Positions 35,905 to 53,759 of a DNA stretch of 64,000 nucleotides are shown one piece after another (positions within the stretch are counted from its first letter, which is position 1; each line of letters begins with the position of its first letter). The position numbers and the translations under genes were made by a program. The notes beneath the pieces are model-generated. The model made no database searches and was not told the DNA's origin. It saw only the letters and a list, made by a program, of their open reading frames with translations. Source of the DNA: the human T2T-CHM13v2.0 reference genome, Homo sapiens; the NCBI RefSeq assembly GCF_009914755.1, contig NC_060936.1; one strand, given 5' to 3'.

Positions 35905-37682
35905 TGTGTCCAGAATTGGTGGGTTCTTGGTCTCACTGACTTCAAGAATGAAGCCGCAGACCCTCGCGGTGAGTGTTACAGCTCTTAAGGTGGCGCGTCT
36001 GGAGTCTGTCCTTTCTGATGTTCAGATGTGTTCGGAGTTTCTTCCTTCTGGTGGGTTCGTGGTCTCGCTGGCTCAGGAGTGAAGCTGCAGACCTTCACAG
36101 TGAGTGTTACAGCTCTTAAGGCAGCACGTCTTGAGTTGTTCGTTCCTCCCAGTGGGCTCCTGGTCTCGCTGGGCTCAGGAGTGAAGCTGCAGATCTTCGC
36201 AGTGAGTGTTACAGCTCATAAAATCAGCATGGACCCAAAGAGTGAGCAGTAGCAAGATTTATTGCAAAGAGCGTCAGAACAAAGCTTCCACAGTGTGGAA
36301 GAGGACCCAAGCAGGTTGCCAACGCTGGCTTGGGCAGCCTGCTTTTATTCTTTTATCTGGCCCTACCCACATCCTGCTGATTGGTAGAGCTGAGTGGCCT
36401 ATTTTGACAGGGTGCTGATTGGTGCGTTTACAATCCCTGAGCTAGATATAAAGGTTTTCCATGTCCCCATTAGATTAGTTAGATACAGAGTATTGATACA
36501 AAGGTTCTCCAAGGCCCCACCAGAGCAGCTAGATACAGAGTGTCGATTGGTGTATTTACAAACCTTGAGCTAAACACAGGGTGCTGATTGGTGTGTTTAC
36601 AAACCTTGAGCTAGATACAGAGTGCCGATTGGTGTGTTTACAATCCCTGAGCTAGACATAAAGGTTTTACAAGGCCCCACCAGAGTAGTTAGATACAGAG
36701 TGTCGATTGGTGTACTTACAAACCCTGAGTTAGACATAAATGTTCTCCCAGGCCCCACCAGAGTAGCTAGATACAGAGTGTCAATTGGTGCACTCACAAA
36801 CCCTGAGCTAGACACAGGGTGTTGATTGGTGTGTTTACAAACCTTGAGCTAGATACGGAGTGCCGATTGGTGTATTTACAATCCCTGAGCTAGACATAAA
36901 GGTTTTCTAGGGCCCCACCAGAGCAGCTAGATACAGAGTATCAATTGGTGTACTCATAAACTTTGAACTAAACATAGGGTGCTGATTGGTGTATTTACAA
37001 TCCCTGAGCTAGATATAAAGACTCTCTACGTCCCCACCAGACTCAGGAGCCCAGCTGGCTTCACCTGGTGGATCCCTCACTGGGGCTGCAGGTGGAGCTG
37101 CCTGCCAGTCCCGCGCTGTGCGCTCGCACTCCTCAGCCCTTGGGTGGTCGATGGGACTGGGCGCCATGGAGCAGGGGGTGGTGTTCGTCAGGGAGGCACA
37201 GGAGCCCATGGAGTGGGTGGGAGGCTCAGGCATGGCGGGCTGCAGGTCCCGAGCCCTGCCCCGCAGGAAGGCAGCTAAGGCTTGGGGAGAAATCGAGTGC
37301 AGCGCCGGTGGGCTGGCACTGCTGGGGGACCCAGTACACCCTCTGCAGCTGCTGGCCCAGGTGCTAAGTCCCTTATTGCCTGGGGCCAGCAGAGCTGGCT
37401 GACTGCTCCAAGTGTGGGGCCTGCCAAGCCCACGCCCATCTGGAACTCCAGCTGGCCCACAAGTGCTGCACGCAGCCCTGGTTCCCGCTCGCACCTCTCC
37501 CTCCACACCTCCCTGCAAGCTGAGGGAGTGGGCTCCAGCCTTGGCCAGCCCAGAAAGGGGCTCCCACAGTGCAGTGGTGGGCTGAAGGGCTCCTCAAGTG
37601 CCGCCAAAGTAGGAGCCCAGGCAGAGGAGGTGCCGAGACCAAGCAAGGGCTCTGAGGACTGCCAGCACGCTGTCACCTCTCA
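35905..37682 (-). mobile_element. LTR12C (ERV9) solo LTR, 1778 bp
   Basis: Minus strand begins TGAGAGGTGACAGCGTGCTGGCAG and ends ...GGACACA; 4-bp TSD ATAA at 35901-35904 and 37683-37686; host L1 ORF2 resumes seamlessly. Confidence 0.95.
36375..37020 (-). repeat. LTR12 U3 tandem array of ~37-41-bp CCAAT/GATA units with a 160-bp higher-order repeat
   Basis: 11 ATTGG (CCAAT) boxes counted; blocks 36501-36660 and 36739-36898 are ~160-bp copies of each other. Confidence 0.9.
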
Positions 37683-37748
37683 ATAACAAACAGTCTCTAA
37701 GACCACAGTGCAATCCAATTAGAACTCAGGATTCAGAAACTCACTGAA

Positions 37749-38038
37749 GGCCAGGCGTGGTGGCTTATGCCTTTAATCCCAGCACTTTGGGAGACTGAGG
37801 CAGTCACATCATGAGGCCAGGAGATTGACACCATCCTGGATAACACGGTGAAATGCCATCTCTACTAAACAATACAAAAAAATAGCTGGGCGTGGTTGGG
37901 GGGGCCTGTAGTCCCAGCTACTCAGGAGGCTGAGGCAGGATAATGGTGTGAACCCGGGAGGCAGAGCTTGCAGAGAGCCAAGATTGTGCCACCACTCCAG
38001 CCTGGGAAACAGAGTGAGACTCCATCTCAAAAAAATAA
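37749..38038 (+). mobile_element. AluY-like
   Basis: 'ccatcctggataacacggtg', 'aatggtgtgaacccggg', 'gagcttgcag'; TSD agaaactcactgaa / agaaacactgaa. Confidence 0.93.
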
Positions 38039-41000
38039 AGAAACACTGAAAACCACAAAACTACATGGAAACTGAACAAACTGCTCCTGAATGACTACTG
38101 GGTAAATAACGAAATGAATCAGAAATAAAGATGTTATTTGAAACCAATAAGAACAAAGACACAACGTACCAGAATCTCTGGGACACATTTAAAGCAGTGC
38201 CTAGAGGAAAATTTATAGCACTAAATGCCCACAAAAGAAAGCAGGAAAGGTCTAAAATTGACACCCTAGCATCACAATTAAAAGAACTAGAGAAGCAAGA
38301 GCAAACAAATTCAAAAGCTAGCAGAAAACAAGAAATAATTATGATCAGAGCAGAACTGAAGGAGATAGAAACACGAAAATCCCTTCAAAAACAACAACAA
38401 CAATGACAACAACAACAAATCAATGAATCCAGGAGCTGGTTTTTTGAAAAAAATCAACAAAGTAGACCGCTAGCCAGATTAATAAAGAAGAGAGAAGAAT
38501 CAAATAGACACAATAAAAATGATAAAGTGGATATCACTACCAATCCCACAGAAATACAAACTACCGTCAGAGAGTACTATAAGCACCTCTACACAAATAA
38601 CTAGAAAATCTAGAAGAAATGGATAAATTTGCAGAAACATACACCCTCCTAAGACTAAACCAGAAAGAAGTTGGATCCCTGAATAGACCAATAAGAAGTT
38701 CTGAAATTGAGGCAGTAATTAATAGCCTACCAACCAAAAAAAGCCCAGAAGCAGACGGATTCACAGCTGAATTCTACTGAGGTACAAAGAGGAGCTGGTA
38801 CCATTTGAAACTATTCCAAACAATAGAAAAAAAGGGACTCCTCCCTAACTCATTTTATGAGGGCAGCATCATCCTGATACTAAACCCTGGCAGAGACACA
38901 ACAAAAAAAGAAAATTTCAGGCCATATCCCTGAAGAACATCAGTGTGAAAGTCCTCAATAAAATGCTGGTATACAGAATCCAGCAGCACGTCAAAAAGCT
39001 TATCCAGCACGATCAAGTAGGCTTCATACCTGGGTTGCAAGTCTGGTTCAACATACGCAAATGAATAAATGTAATCCATCACATAAACAGAACCAATGAT
39101 GAAATCCACATGATTATTTCAATAGATGCAGAAAAGGCCTTTGGCAAAATTCAACAGCCCTTCATGCTAAAAACTCTCAATAAACTAGGTATCAATGGAA
39201 CATATCTCAAAATAATAAGAACCATTTATGACACACCCATAGCCAATATCATACTAAAAGGGCAAAGACTGGAAGCATTCCCCTTGAAAACCAGCACAAT
39301 GCAAGGATGCCCTCTCTCACCACTCCTATTCAACATAGTATCAGAAGTTCTGGTCAGGGCAATGGGGCAAGATAAAGAAATAAAGGTGTTCAAATAGGAA
39401 GAGAGGAAGTCAAATTATCTCTGTTTGAAGATGATATGATTGTATATTTAGAAAACCCCATCGTCTCAGCCCAAAATTTCCTGAAGCTAATAAACAACTT
39501 CAGCAAAGTAGCAGGATAGAAAATCAATGTGCAAAAATCACAAGCATTGCTATACACCAATAACAGACAGCCAAATCATGAGTGAACTCCCATTCACAAT
39601 GCTACAAAGAGAATAAAACACTTAGGAATACAACTTACAAGGGATGTGAAGGACCTCTTCAAGGATCTACAAACCACTGCTCAAGGAAATAAGAGAGGAC
39701 ACAAACAAATGGAAAAACATTCCATGCTCATGTATAGGAAGAATCAATATTGTGAAAATGACCACACTGCCCAAAGTAATTTATAGATTCAATGCTATTC
39801 CTATCAAGCTACCACTGACTTTCTTCACAGGATTGGAAAAAACTACTTTAAACTTCACATGGAACCAAAAAAGAACCCACATATCCAAGGCAATCCTAAG
39901 CAAAAAGAACAAAGCTGAAGGCATCACACTACCTGATTTCAAACTGTACTACAAGCCTACAGTAACAAAAACAGCAAGCGACTGATACCAAAACTGATAT
40001 ATAGACCAATGGAACAGAACAGAGGCCTCAGAAATAACACCACATATCTACAACCATCATCTGATCTTTGACAAACATAACACAAACAAGCAATGCGGAA
40101 AAGATTCCCTATTTAATAAATGGTGCTGGGAAAACGTAGCCATATGCAGAAAACTTAAACTGGATCCCTTCCTTACACCTTATACAAAAATCAACTCAAG
40201 GTAGATTAAAGACTTAAATGTAAGGCCTAAAGCCATAAAAATCCTAGAATTAAACCTAGGCAATACAATTCAGGACATAAGCATAGGCAAAGACTTCATG
40301 TCTAAAACACCAAAAGCAATGGCAACAAAAGCCAAAATTGACAAATGGGATCTAATTAAACTAAAGAGCTTCTGCACAGCAAAAGAAACTATCATCAGAG
40401 TGAACAGGCCACCTAGAGAATGGGAGAAATTTTTTGCAATACACCAATCTGACGAAGGTCTAATATCCAGAAACTACAAAGAACTTAAAAAATTTACAAG
40501 AAAAAAAAACCATCAAAAAGTGGGTGAAGGATATGAACAGACACTTCTCAAAAGAAGACTTTTATGCAGCCAACAACATGTGAAAAAATGCTCATCATCA
40601 CTGGTCATTAGAGAAATGCAAATCAAAACCACAATGAGATACCGTCTCATGCCAGTTAGGATGGTGATCATTAAAAAGTCAGGAAACAACAGACGCTGGA
40701 GAAGTGGAGATAAAGGAACGCTTTTACACTGTTGGTAGGAGTGTAAATTAGTTCAACCATTGTGGAAGACAGTGTTGAGATTCGTCAAGTATCTGATACT
40801 AGAAATACCATTTGACCCAGCAATCCCATTACTAGGTATACACCCAAAGGATTACAAATCATTCTACTATAAAGACACATTCACACGTATGTTTATTGTG
40901 GCACTATTCACAATGGCAATGACTTGGAACCAACCCAAATGCCCATCTATGACAGACTGGATAGAGAAAGCGTGGCACATATACACCATGGAATACTATG

Positions 41001-41825
41001 GAGCCATAAAAAAGGATGAGTTCATGTCCTTTGCGGGGACATGGATGAAGCTGGAAACCATCATTCTCAGCAAACTATCACGAGAACTGGAAACCAAACA
41101 CCATATGTTCTCATTCATAAGTCGGAGTTGAACAATGAGAACACATGGACACAGGGAGGGGAATATCACACACCAGGGCCTGTCAGGGGGTGTGGGTCTA
41201 GGGGAGGGATAGCATTATGTGAAATATCTAATGTAGGTGGCAGGTTGATGGGTGCAGCAAACCACCATGGCACGTGTATACTTATGTAACAAAACTGCAC
41301 GTTCTACACATGTACCCCAGAACTTAAGTATAATTTTTTATAAAAGCAAAACAAAAGATCAGTGAAAAGAAGATGGTTTTCAAAAAGAGATAAAATTGAT
41401 AAATCTTTAGTCAGACTAATTAAGAAAAAAGTATACCCAAATAAATAAAATTAGAGATGAAAAAGAAGATATTATAACACATACTGTAAAAATTTATAGA
41501 ATCATTACAGGCTACTATTAGCAACTATATGTGAAAAACCTAAAACAAATGGATAAATTTCAAGACACACACAATGTACCAAGATTAAACCCTAAAGAAA
41601 TATAAAACCTGAACAGTCCAACAGTAATGCCATTAAAGCTAAAATAAAACGTCTCCAAGCAAAGAAAAGCTGAAGACCAAATGGCTTCACTGCTGAATTT
41701 TACCAAACATTTATGCAAGAACTAGTCCCCACCCTACTCAAACTAACCTGCATAATAGAGGAGGAGGGAATACTTTCAGATTTATTCTCCAAGGCCTTAT
41801 TACCGTGACACTAAAACAAAGGACA

Positions 41826-41897
41826 TCTCTCTCTCTCACACACACACACACACACTGACTCACTCACACACACACACTCACTCGCTGACTCACACTG
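41826..41897. repeat. (TC)n(CA)n/(CACT)n microsatellite
   Basis: Visible directly in the sequence. Confidence 0.9.
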
Positions 41898-44800
41898 ACC
41901 CACAGCTAGAATCATAGTGAATATGGAATAACTGAAAGCCTTTCCTTTAAGATTTGGAACAAGACAAGGCCTCACTAGAGCAGTCAGACAAGAGAAAAAT
42001 ATAATGGGCACTCAAATTGGAAAGTAAGAAGTCAAATTATCCTTGTTTGCAGATGATATAATTTTATATTTGGAAAATCCTAAAGTCCTCACAAGAAAAT
42101 TATTTGAAGTGATAAAACAAATTCAGTAAAGTTGTAGGATACAAAATCAGCATATAAAAATCAGTAGCATTACTATATGCCAACAGCAAACACTGAAAAA
42201 TCTAGAAAATAATCTCATTTGCAGTAGCTACAAATAAAAGAGAATACCTAGGAATAAACTAAACCAAAGATGTGAAATATCTCTACAATGAAAACTAGAA
42301 AACATTAATGCAATAAATTGAAGAGGACACAGAAAATGGAGAAATATTCCATGTTCATTAATTGGAAGAATCAATATTATTAAAATGTTCATACTACCCA
42401 AAGCAATACACAGATTCAATGCAATCTCAATGAAAATACCAATGACATTCTTCATAGAAATAGAAAAAAAATTTCTAAAATTTATATGGAACCACGAATG
42501 ACCCAGAATAGCTAAAGTTATCCTGGGCAAAAAGAATAAAACTAGAGGAAACACACAAACTGATTTCAAATTACACTACTGAGCTATACTAACCAAAACA
42601 GCATATTGCTAACAATAACAACAACAACAAAAAACCATTTAGCCCACTGGAACAGAATAGAGAACAAAAAACAAATACATATACCTACAGTGAACTCCTT
42701 TTTGAAAGAGGTGCCAAGAACATACACTGGAGAAAAGACATTCTATTCAAAAAGTTGTGTTGAGAAAAATATATATATATGCAGAAGAATAAAACTATAC
42801 TCCTATCTCTTGCCATATACAAAAATCAAATCAAAATAGATTAAAGACTTCAATCTGAGACCTTGAACTATGAAACTACTACAAGAAAACATTGGGGAAA
42901 ATTTTCAGGACATTGAACTAGGCAAAAATTTATTGAGTCATACCCTATAAGCACAGGCAACCAAAGCAAATAAAGACAAATGTGATCACATCAAATTGCA
43001 AAGCTTCTGCATATCAAAGGAAATAATCAACAAAATAATGAGACAACCCAGTGATTGGGAAAAATATTTGCCTACTATCTATGTGACAAGGTATTAATAA
43101 TGAGAATAAGAAGCTCAAACACCTCAAAAAGGAAAATATTTCAAAATGGGCCAAAGTTCTGAATAGGCATTTATCAAAAGAAGACATACAAATGGCAAAC
43201 AGGCATATGAGAAGGTGCTCAACATGACTGATCATGAGAGAAATGCAAATCAAAACTACAATGAGATACATCATCTCACCCCAGTTAAACTGGCTTTTAT
43301 CCAAAAGACAACTATAATGAATGCTGGTAGTATGTGGAGAAAAGGGGTCCCTTGTATCCTGCTGGTAGGAATGTAAAATAGTACAACACTATAAAGAAAA
43401 GTATGGAGGTTCCTTAAAATTTAAAAATATAACTACTATATGATCCAGCAATTCCACTACTGTGTGTATACCCAAAGGAAATAAAACCAGTATATTGAAG
43501 AAATATTTTCATTCTCATGTTTATTGCAGCATTATTCACAGTAGCCAAGATTGGGAAGCAACATGCATTCATCAGCAGATAAATGGGTAAGAAAAATGTG
43601 GCACATACACATAATAGAGTACTACTCAGCCATAAAAAAAGAAATCCTGTCATTTGCAACAGCATGAATGGAACTGGATGACATTATGTTAAGCTAGCAC
43701 AGAAAGAAAAACTTCACCTGTTTTCCCTCATTTGGGGGAGCTAAAAATTAAAACAATTTAACCCATGGAGCTAGAGAATAGAATGATGGTTACCAGAGGT
43801 TGGGAGGGGTAGTTGGGTGTGGTGAAGTAAGGATGATTAATGGTCACAAAATTATAGATAGAATAAGATCTAGTATACGATAGCACAATAGGGTGACTAC
43901 AGTCAATCACTTATTATACATTTAAAAGTAACTAAAAGAGTATAATTTGAATGTTTATAACACAAAGTAATGACACATGGAGGTGACTGAGTCCCCATTT
44001 ACCCTGATGTGATTATTACACATTGTGTGCCTGCATCAAAATATCTCATGTACCCATAAATATATGCACCTAATCTGTACCCATCATAAATTTAAAAATA
44101 AGACAAAAAAAAACACAACAAAATAGAATCAGCAATGCCCAGACGATTATCAACGGTTTAGGAAACCAACCTGAGAATACCTACAATTCTTAGTCAAAAG
44201 ACAAAAAATATAAGAATATGAAATACACGCTTTTTTAAAAAAATAAGGCTAAAAAGCAACAGAAACAATGAATTTAATTAGAATCAGGGAATAGAAACTT
44301 TTCTAATGTAATAAGGGTTTTTTAAGGTCACCATGTTTAAGGCAACTTTAAAAGACAATTTTAAGAATGTATAATTGTAAACTTATTGAAATTTTGAATT
44401 CTAAGACAATATTTGGTTTCATTGTGTTTATGTTGCGTTCTTCCTGGAAATATATTAAATATATTTATCTTAATGCATGAGAATGTGGAAATGACAATGT
44501 TTGTGTGTGATAAGTACATAAATATATAAAATTTGTACCTAAAAATCACCTTCATCTTTTGAGCAGAGTGCACATTTGGAAATATAATCAAGGGGGTACA
44601 TAAAGGTCCCATTAAGTTTTCTCTAAACTTAGTCAAATAAACTATTATTGATAGTCAATAGAGAAGCTAGAAGATCAAATCTAGGAAATCAGAGTGAAAA
44701 GTTGGCACAATATGCTGGAAGGAAGGAGGAAAATGTAACAATGCCTCCTTATTTTATTTGAATCAGCTTCTTTAGCAGGATAGCCTGCCAGTGATACTGC

Positions 44801-45174
44801 TCTGAAAATAGGGTCATAGTTGAAATCCAGAAGTATTTTTACATAGAACCAGGGGGTTAATGGCTAAGAACTTTAGATTTTGTGGGAATGTTCAGTTATT
44901 AAATACCACACCCCTTTCACCTTTGCTCTTGCTTCTCTTTAATCCTGCCCATTGTCTTCTCACCAACCTGAATGCTGAAGGTACAGATAGCTGTCCTCAC
45001 CTTCCTAGCTCAAGTTCTAAGGGTAAAACTAAAAGATATGATCCTTATGGGAAACATATTCATATTGTTACAGAGATAATGGTATGCCTGGATATAAACA
45101 TTCCCATGAAAAGATACAGAACACTAAAAAATAAATCCCAAAATGGGCCCTATATATAAACAGTATTTTGAAAC

Positions 45175-45179
45175 CACAT

Positions 45180-45226
<47 letters not shown>

Positions 45227-45236
45227 GAGAGAGAAA

Positions 45237-45284
<48 letters not shown>

Positions 45285-45357
45285 AGGAAAGAGAGAAAGA
45301 AAAGAAAGAAAGAAAGAAAAGAAAGAAAGAAAGAGAGAGAGAAAGAAAGAGAAAATA
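45175..45357. repeat. Compound STR (CA)n(GA)n(GAAA)n
   Basis: Visible directly; explains the cluster of low-complexity ORFs. Confidence 0.97.
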
Positions 45358-45413
45358 GATGGAGGAGAAAGACATAAGAAACCAAAGGCCAATAAAAAAT
45401 ATGTATGCTTTCT

Positions 45414-45608
45414 GGCTGGGCATGATGGCGCACGCCTGTAATTCCAGTGCTTTGAGAGGCTGAGGTACAAGGATTGCTTGCAGCCAGGAGTTCAAGACCA
45501 GCCTGGGCAACAGAGGGATACTCTCAACTCAAAAAAAAAAAAAAAAGAAAGGAAAAGAAAAAAGAAAAAAGAAAAAAAAAAAAAACCTCCAAAATTTGTT
45601 AAATTAGC
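45414..45608 (+). mobile_element. AluJ left arm (or FLAM) with expanded A-rich tract
   Basis: 'ggattgcttgcagccaggagttcaagaccagcctgggcaaca'; ends in 'aaattagc'. Confidence 0.85.
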
Positions 45609-45611
45609 ATT

Positions 45612-50856
<5,245 letters not shown>

Positions 50857-52490
50857 TGTATTACTCTATTCTCACACTGCTATGAAGACATACCTGAGAC
50901 TGGGTAATTTATGAAAAAGTGAGGTTTAATTGACTCACAGTTCCCCAGGCTATACAGGAAGTATGACTGGAGAGGCCTTAGGAAACTTACAATCATGGCA
51001 GAAGGCAAAGGGGAATCAGACACATTACATGGTCAGCAAGAGACAGTGTAAAGGAGTAGGTGCTACACACTTTCAAACAACCAAGCCTCATCAGGACTCT
51101 ATCATGAGAACAGATAGGGGGAAGTCTGCCCCAATGTCTCAATCCCTCCACCAGGCTTTTCCTGCAACACTGGGAATTACAATTTGATGTGAGATTTGGG
51201 TAGGGACATAGAACAAAACCAAATTATTCTGTCCCTGGCCCCTCCCACAGCTCATGTCCTTCTCATATTTCTTAATACAAGCATGCCTTCCCAACAGTCG
51301 CCCAAAGTCTTAACTCATTTTAACATTAACTCAAAAGTCCAAGTCTAAAGTCACATCTGAGACAAGGCAAGTCATTTCAGCCCATGAGACTGTAAAATCA
51401 AAACAGTGAGTTACTTCCAAGACACAATAGAGTTACAGGCATGGGTAAATGCTCCTGTTTGAAAAAAGAAAAGAAAACAAAACAAAAGAATTGGCCCAAA
51501 CAAAGGGGCTACAGGCCCCATGCAAGTTCAAAACCCAGCAGGGCAGTTATTAAATCTTAAAGATTGAAAATAATCTCCTTTGACTCCACATTTCACATCC
51601 ATGTCATGCTGATGCAAGTGGTGGGCTCCCCAGGCCTTAGGGAGCTCTACCCCTGTGGCTCTACAGGGTACAGCCCCCATAGCTGCTTTCACCAGCTGGT
51701 ATTGAGTGCCTATGTCTTTTCCAGGTGCACAGTGCAAGCTGTTTGTTGATCTACCATTTGGCGGTTTGGAGTTTGTTGGCCTGCTTCTCTCAGCTCCACT
51801 AGTGGGGCTCTGGGTGGGGGCTGCAACCCCACATTTCCCCTCTGCACTGCCTTCGTAGAGGTTCTCCATGAGGGCTCCACCCCTGCAGCAGACTTCTGCC
51901 TGGACATCCAGACATTTCCATACATCCCCCGAAAGTTAGGCAGAGGCTTCCAAACCTCAACTCTTGCCCTCTGTGCACCTGCAGGACCAACACCACATGG
52001 AATTCACCACCAGTGCTTGGGGCTTGCAACTTCTGAAGCAACAGCCAAGCTGTACCTTGACCCTTTTTAGCCATGGCTGAAGCTGGAGTGGCCACGACGC
52101 AGAGCACCATGTCCCAAGGCTGTACAGAGCAGTGGGGTCCTGGACCTGGCCTATGAAGCCATTCTTCCTTCCTAGGCCTGCAGGCCTGTGATGGTAGGGA
52201 CTGGTGTGAAGGTATCTGAAATTTCCTTGAGGCATTTTCCCCATTGTCTTGCCTATTAACATCTGGCTCTTTACTTATGCAAATTTCTTCAGCAGGCTTG
52301 AATTTCTCTTTTGAAAATGGGTTTTTCTTTTCTACCACATGGCCAGGCTTCAAATTCTCCAAGCTTTTATGCTCTGCATCCTTTTAAATGTAAATTCCAG
52401 TTTCAGATAATCTTTGTTCATGCATATGAGCATACACAGTTAGAAGCAGTCAGGTGATGTCTTGAATGCTTTGATGCTTAGAAATTTATT
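50857..52490 (-). mobile_element. MSTA-like MaLR: 3' LTR (50857-~51226) plus partial internal region
   Basis: 'tgtattactctattctcacactgctatgaagacatacctgagactgggtaattt...aggaaacttacaatcatggcagaagg', then internal 'ttctgtccctggcccctccca'. Confidence 0.88.
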
Positions 52491-52546
52491 CTATATCTCT
52501 ATAAACACACATTTAAAAAAATTATAAAATAAAAATAAAATACATT

Positions 52547-52710
52547 AAAATTTTAAAAAATTAGCTGGGTGTGGTGGTGTGTGGCTGTCATTTCAGCTAC
52601 TCAAGAGGCTGAGGTAGAAGGATCACTTAAGCCCAGGAGTTCAAGGCTGCAGTGAGCTATGATGGTGCCATTGCATTCCAGCCTAGGTGACAGAGCGAGT
52701 GTTTCTAAGA
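52547..52710 (+). mobile_element. AluJ right arm
   Basis: 'ttagctgggtgtggtgg...ggatcacttaagcccaggagttcaaggctgcagtgagctatgat'. Confidence 0.9.
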
Positions 52711-53089
52711 ATTTTTTGAAAAATTATATGCTTTCCAAGAACAATTAGAAAATTTGAGATACTGTTAGACTAAAAACTTTCTAAAAGAAATTTAAAAATA
52801 CGGATTTTATAAAACAAAGTAGAAGAAACTGTATAAAAAGTGCTATAAAGAACAGAAAATGAAATGATACCTCACAGTACAAATTGAAAATCTGAAAAAT
52901 TAAAACTACTCAAGGAATTTGAAAAATATTATAAGTAGTGAATGTAGTCTCATAACAACTCATAATATAAAAACAAAGTGGGCCATGAAGACAGACTTGA
53001 GAAAAATGGAAAGGATTGTTAAATAAAATTTCCGGGATGCCACTGGTTTGGACAGAGCTCCTATACTTGGCCCCAAGAGATACCAAAAA

Positions 53090-53386
53090 TAGGATCACTT
53101 ACAATAATTTTCTATGTACCAAATCAATACCCAAGCTATTTATTGTATGATCTGAACTTCCAAAGAAAAATCAAGGGAAAAATGATAGCCTATAAAGTAA
53201 CTTTGAAATAACTATTTCAATTTCTGTTCCTAGTTTCTTTAGGTTTTTCTGCCTATAGAGCCCACCCCTCTGCTCAGCTCAGAGTTCCTTTCTATTTTGT
53301 AAATTGGATGCTGCTCAGTTTATGAATTACAAATAAAATCAATTAGATCTTTAAAATTCAAGTTGTTGAAACTCTGTTTTGTAACA
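53090..53386 (+). mobile_element. ERV1 (MER4-group-like) LTR 3' part
   Basis: 'gcctatagagcccacccctctgctcagctc...ggatgctgctc...caaataaaatcaattagatcttt...ttttgtaaca'. Confidence 0.5.
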
Positions 53387-53759
53387 TGGTTTTAAAAAAC
53401 TGTCAGAATTCAGTGGTAAAGTACAAAAAACTCAGAGGAGAGAAAATGATAAAATATATATAAAAGGCAGGCAATGAAAATTTTAATGTAAAAAGTACAA
53501 ATTTAAGAGTAAAAATGAAATATAACAAAGAAATAGATATAAAAATATATAAGGGAATTTTTGTTATTAAAGAGAGATTATATACCAGTAGATTGAAAGG
53601 TATCACAGTGTATCAAATAAAAAAATGAAAGGAACAGTCAACATCACAAGCACTTCAACAGATCCTGGTGACATTACTAAACATTAAAGCAAAAACAAAT
53701 GAATACTATGAACATTCAGATAGAAAAAACAGGACTTACAAATGTGAAAATATTAAGAG

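Larger units (their letters stand above)
34425..41341 (+). mobile_element. L1PA7/8-like element with two internal deletions; hosts LTR12C and AluY
   Basis: 5' 'gggattgctggcaagatggcc'; perfect 11-bp TSD AAAAGCAAAAC at 34414-34424 and 41342-41352; deletions at ~34566 and ~35741. Confidence 0.93.
29977..44100 (+). mobile_element. Full-length degenerate L1MA (MA1-3-like), split by an L1PA insertion at 34425-41341
   Basis: L1M 5'UTR 'ggaggcagagcaaga...gaatagaa'; ORF1 and ORF2 remnants at 32.1-34.4 kb and 41.35-43.7 kb; 3' 'gattattacacattg...tctcatgtacccataaatatat'; diverged TSD acaaaattggatc / acaaaatagaatc. Confidence 0.85.

Noticed and set aside
36375-37020. Regularly spaced repeats superficially like a CRISPR array
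   Set aside because: No unique spacers; this is the known LTR12 enhancer tandem repeat in human DNA
36979-37686. Cluster of 90-170-aa ORFs on both strands
   Set aside because: GC-rich LTR12C U3 sequence that is naturally poor in stop codons
45068-45510. Overlapping ERK-rich and FLS-rich ORFs
   Set aside because: Translations of the (GA)n/(GAAA)n microsatellite
51528-52362. ORFs of 100-187 aa on the minus strand
   Set aside because: Remnants of the MaLR internal ORF, broken by frameshifts
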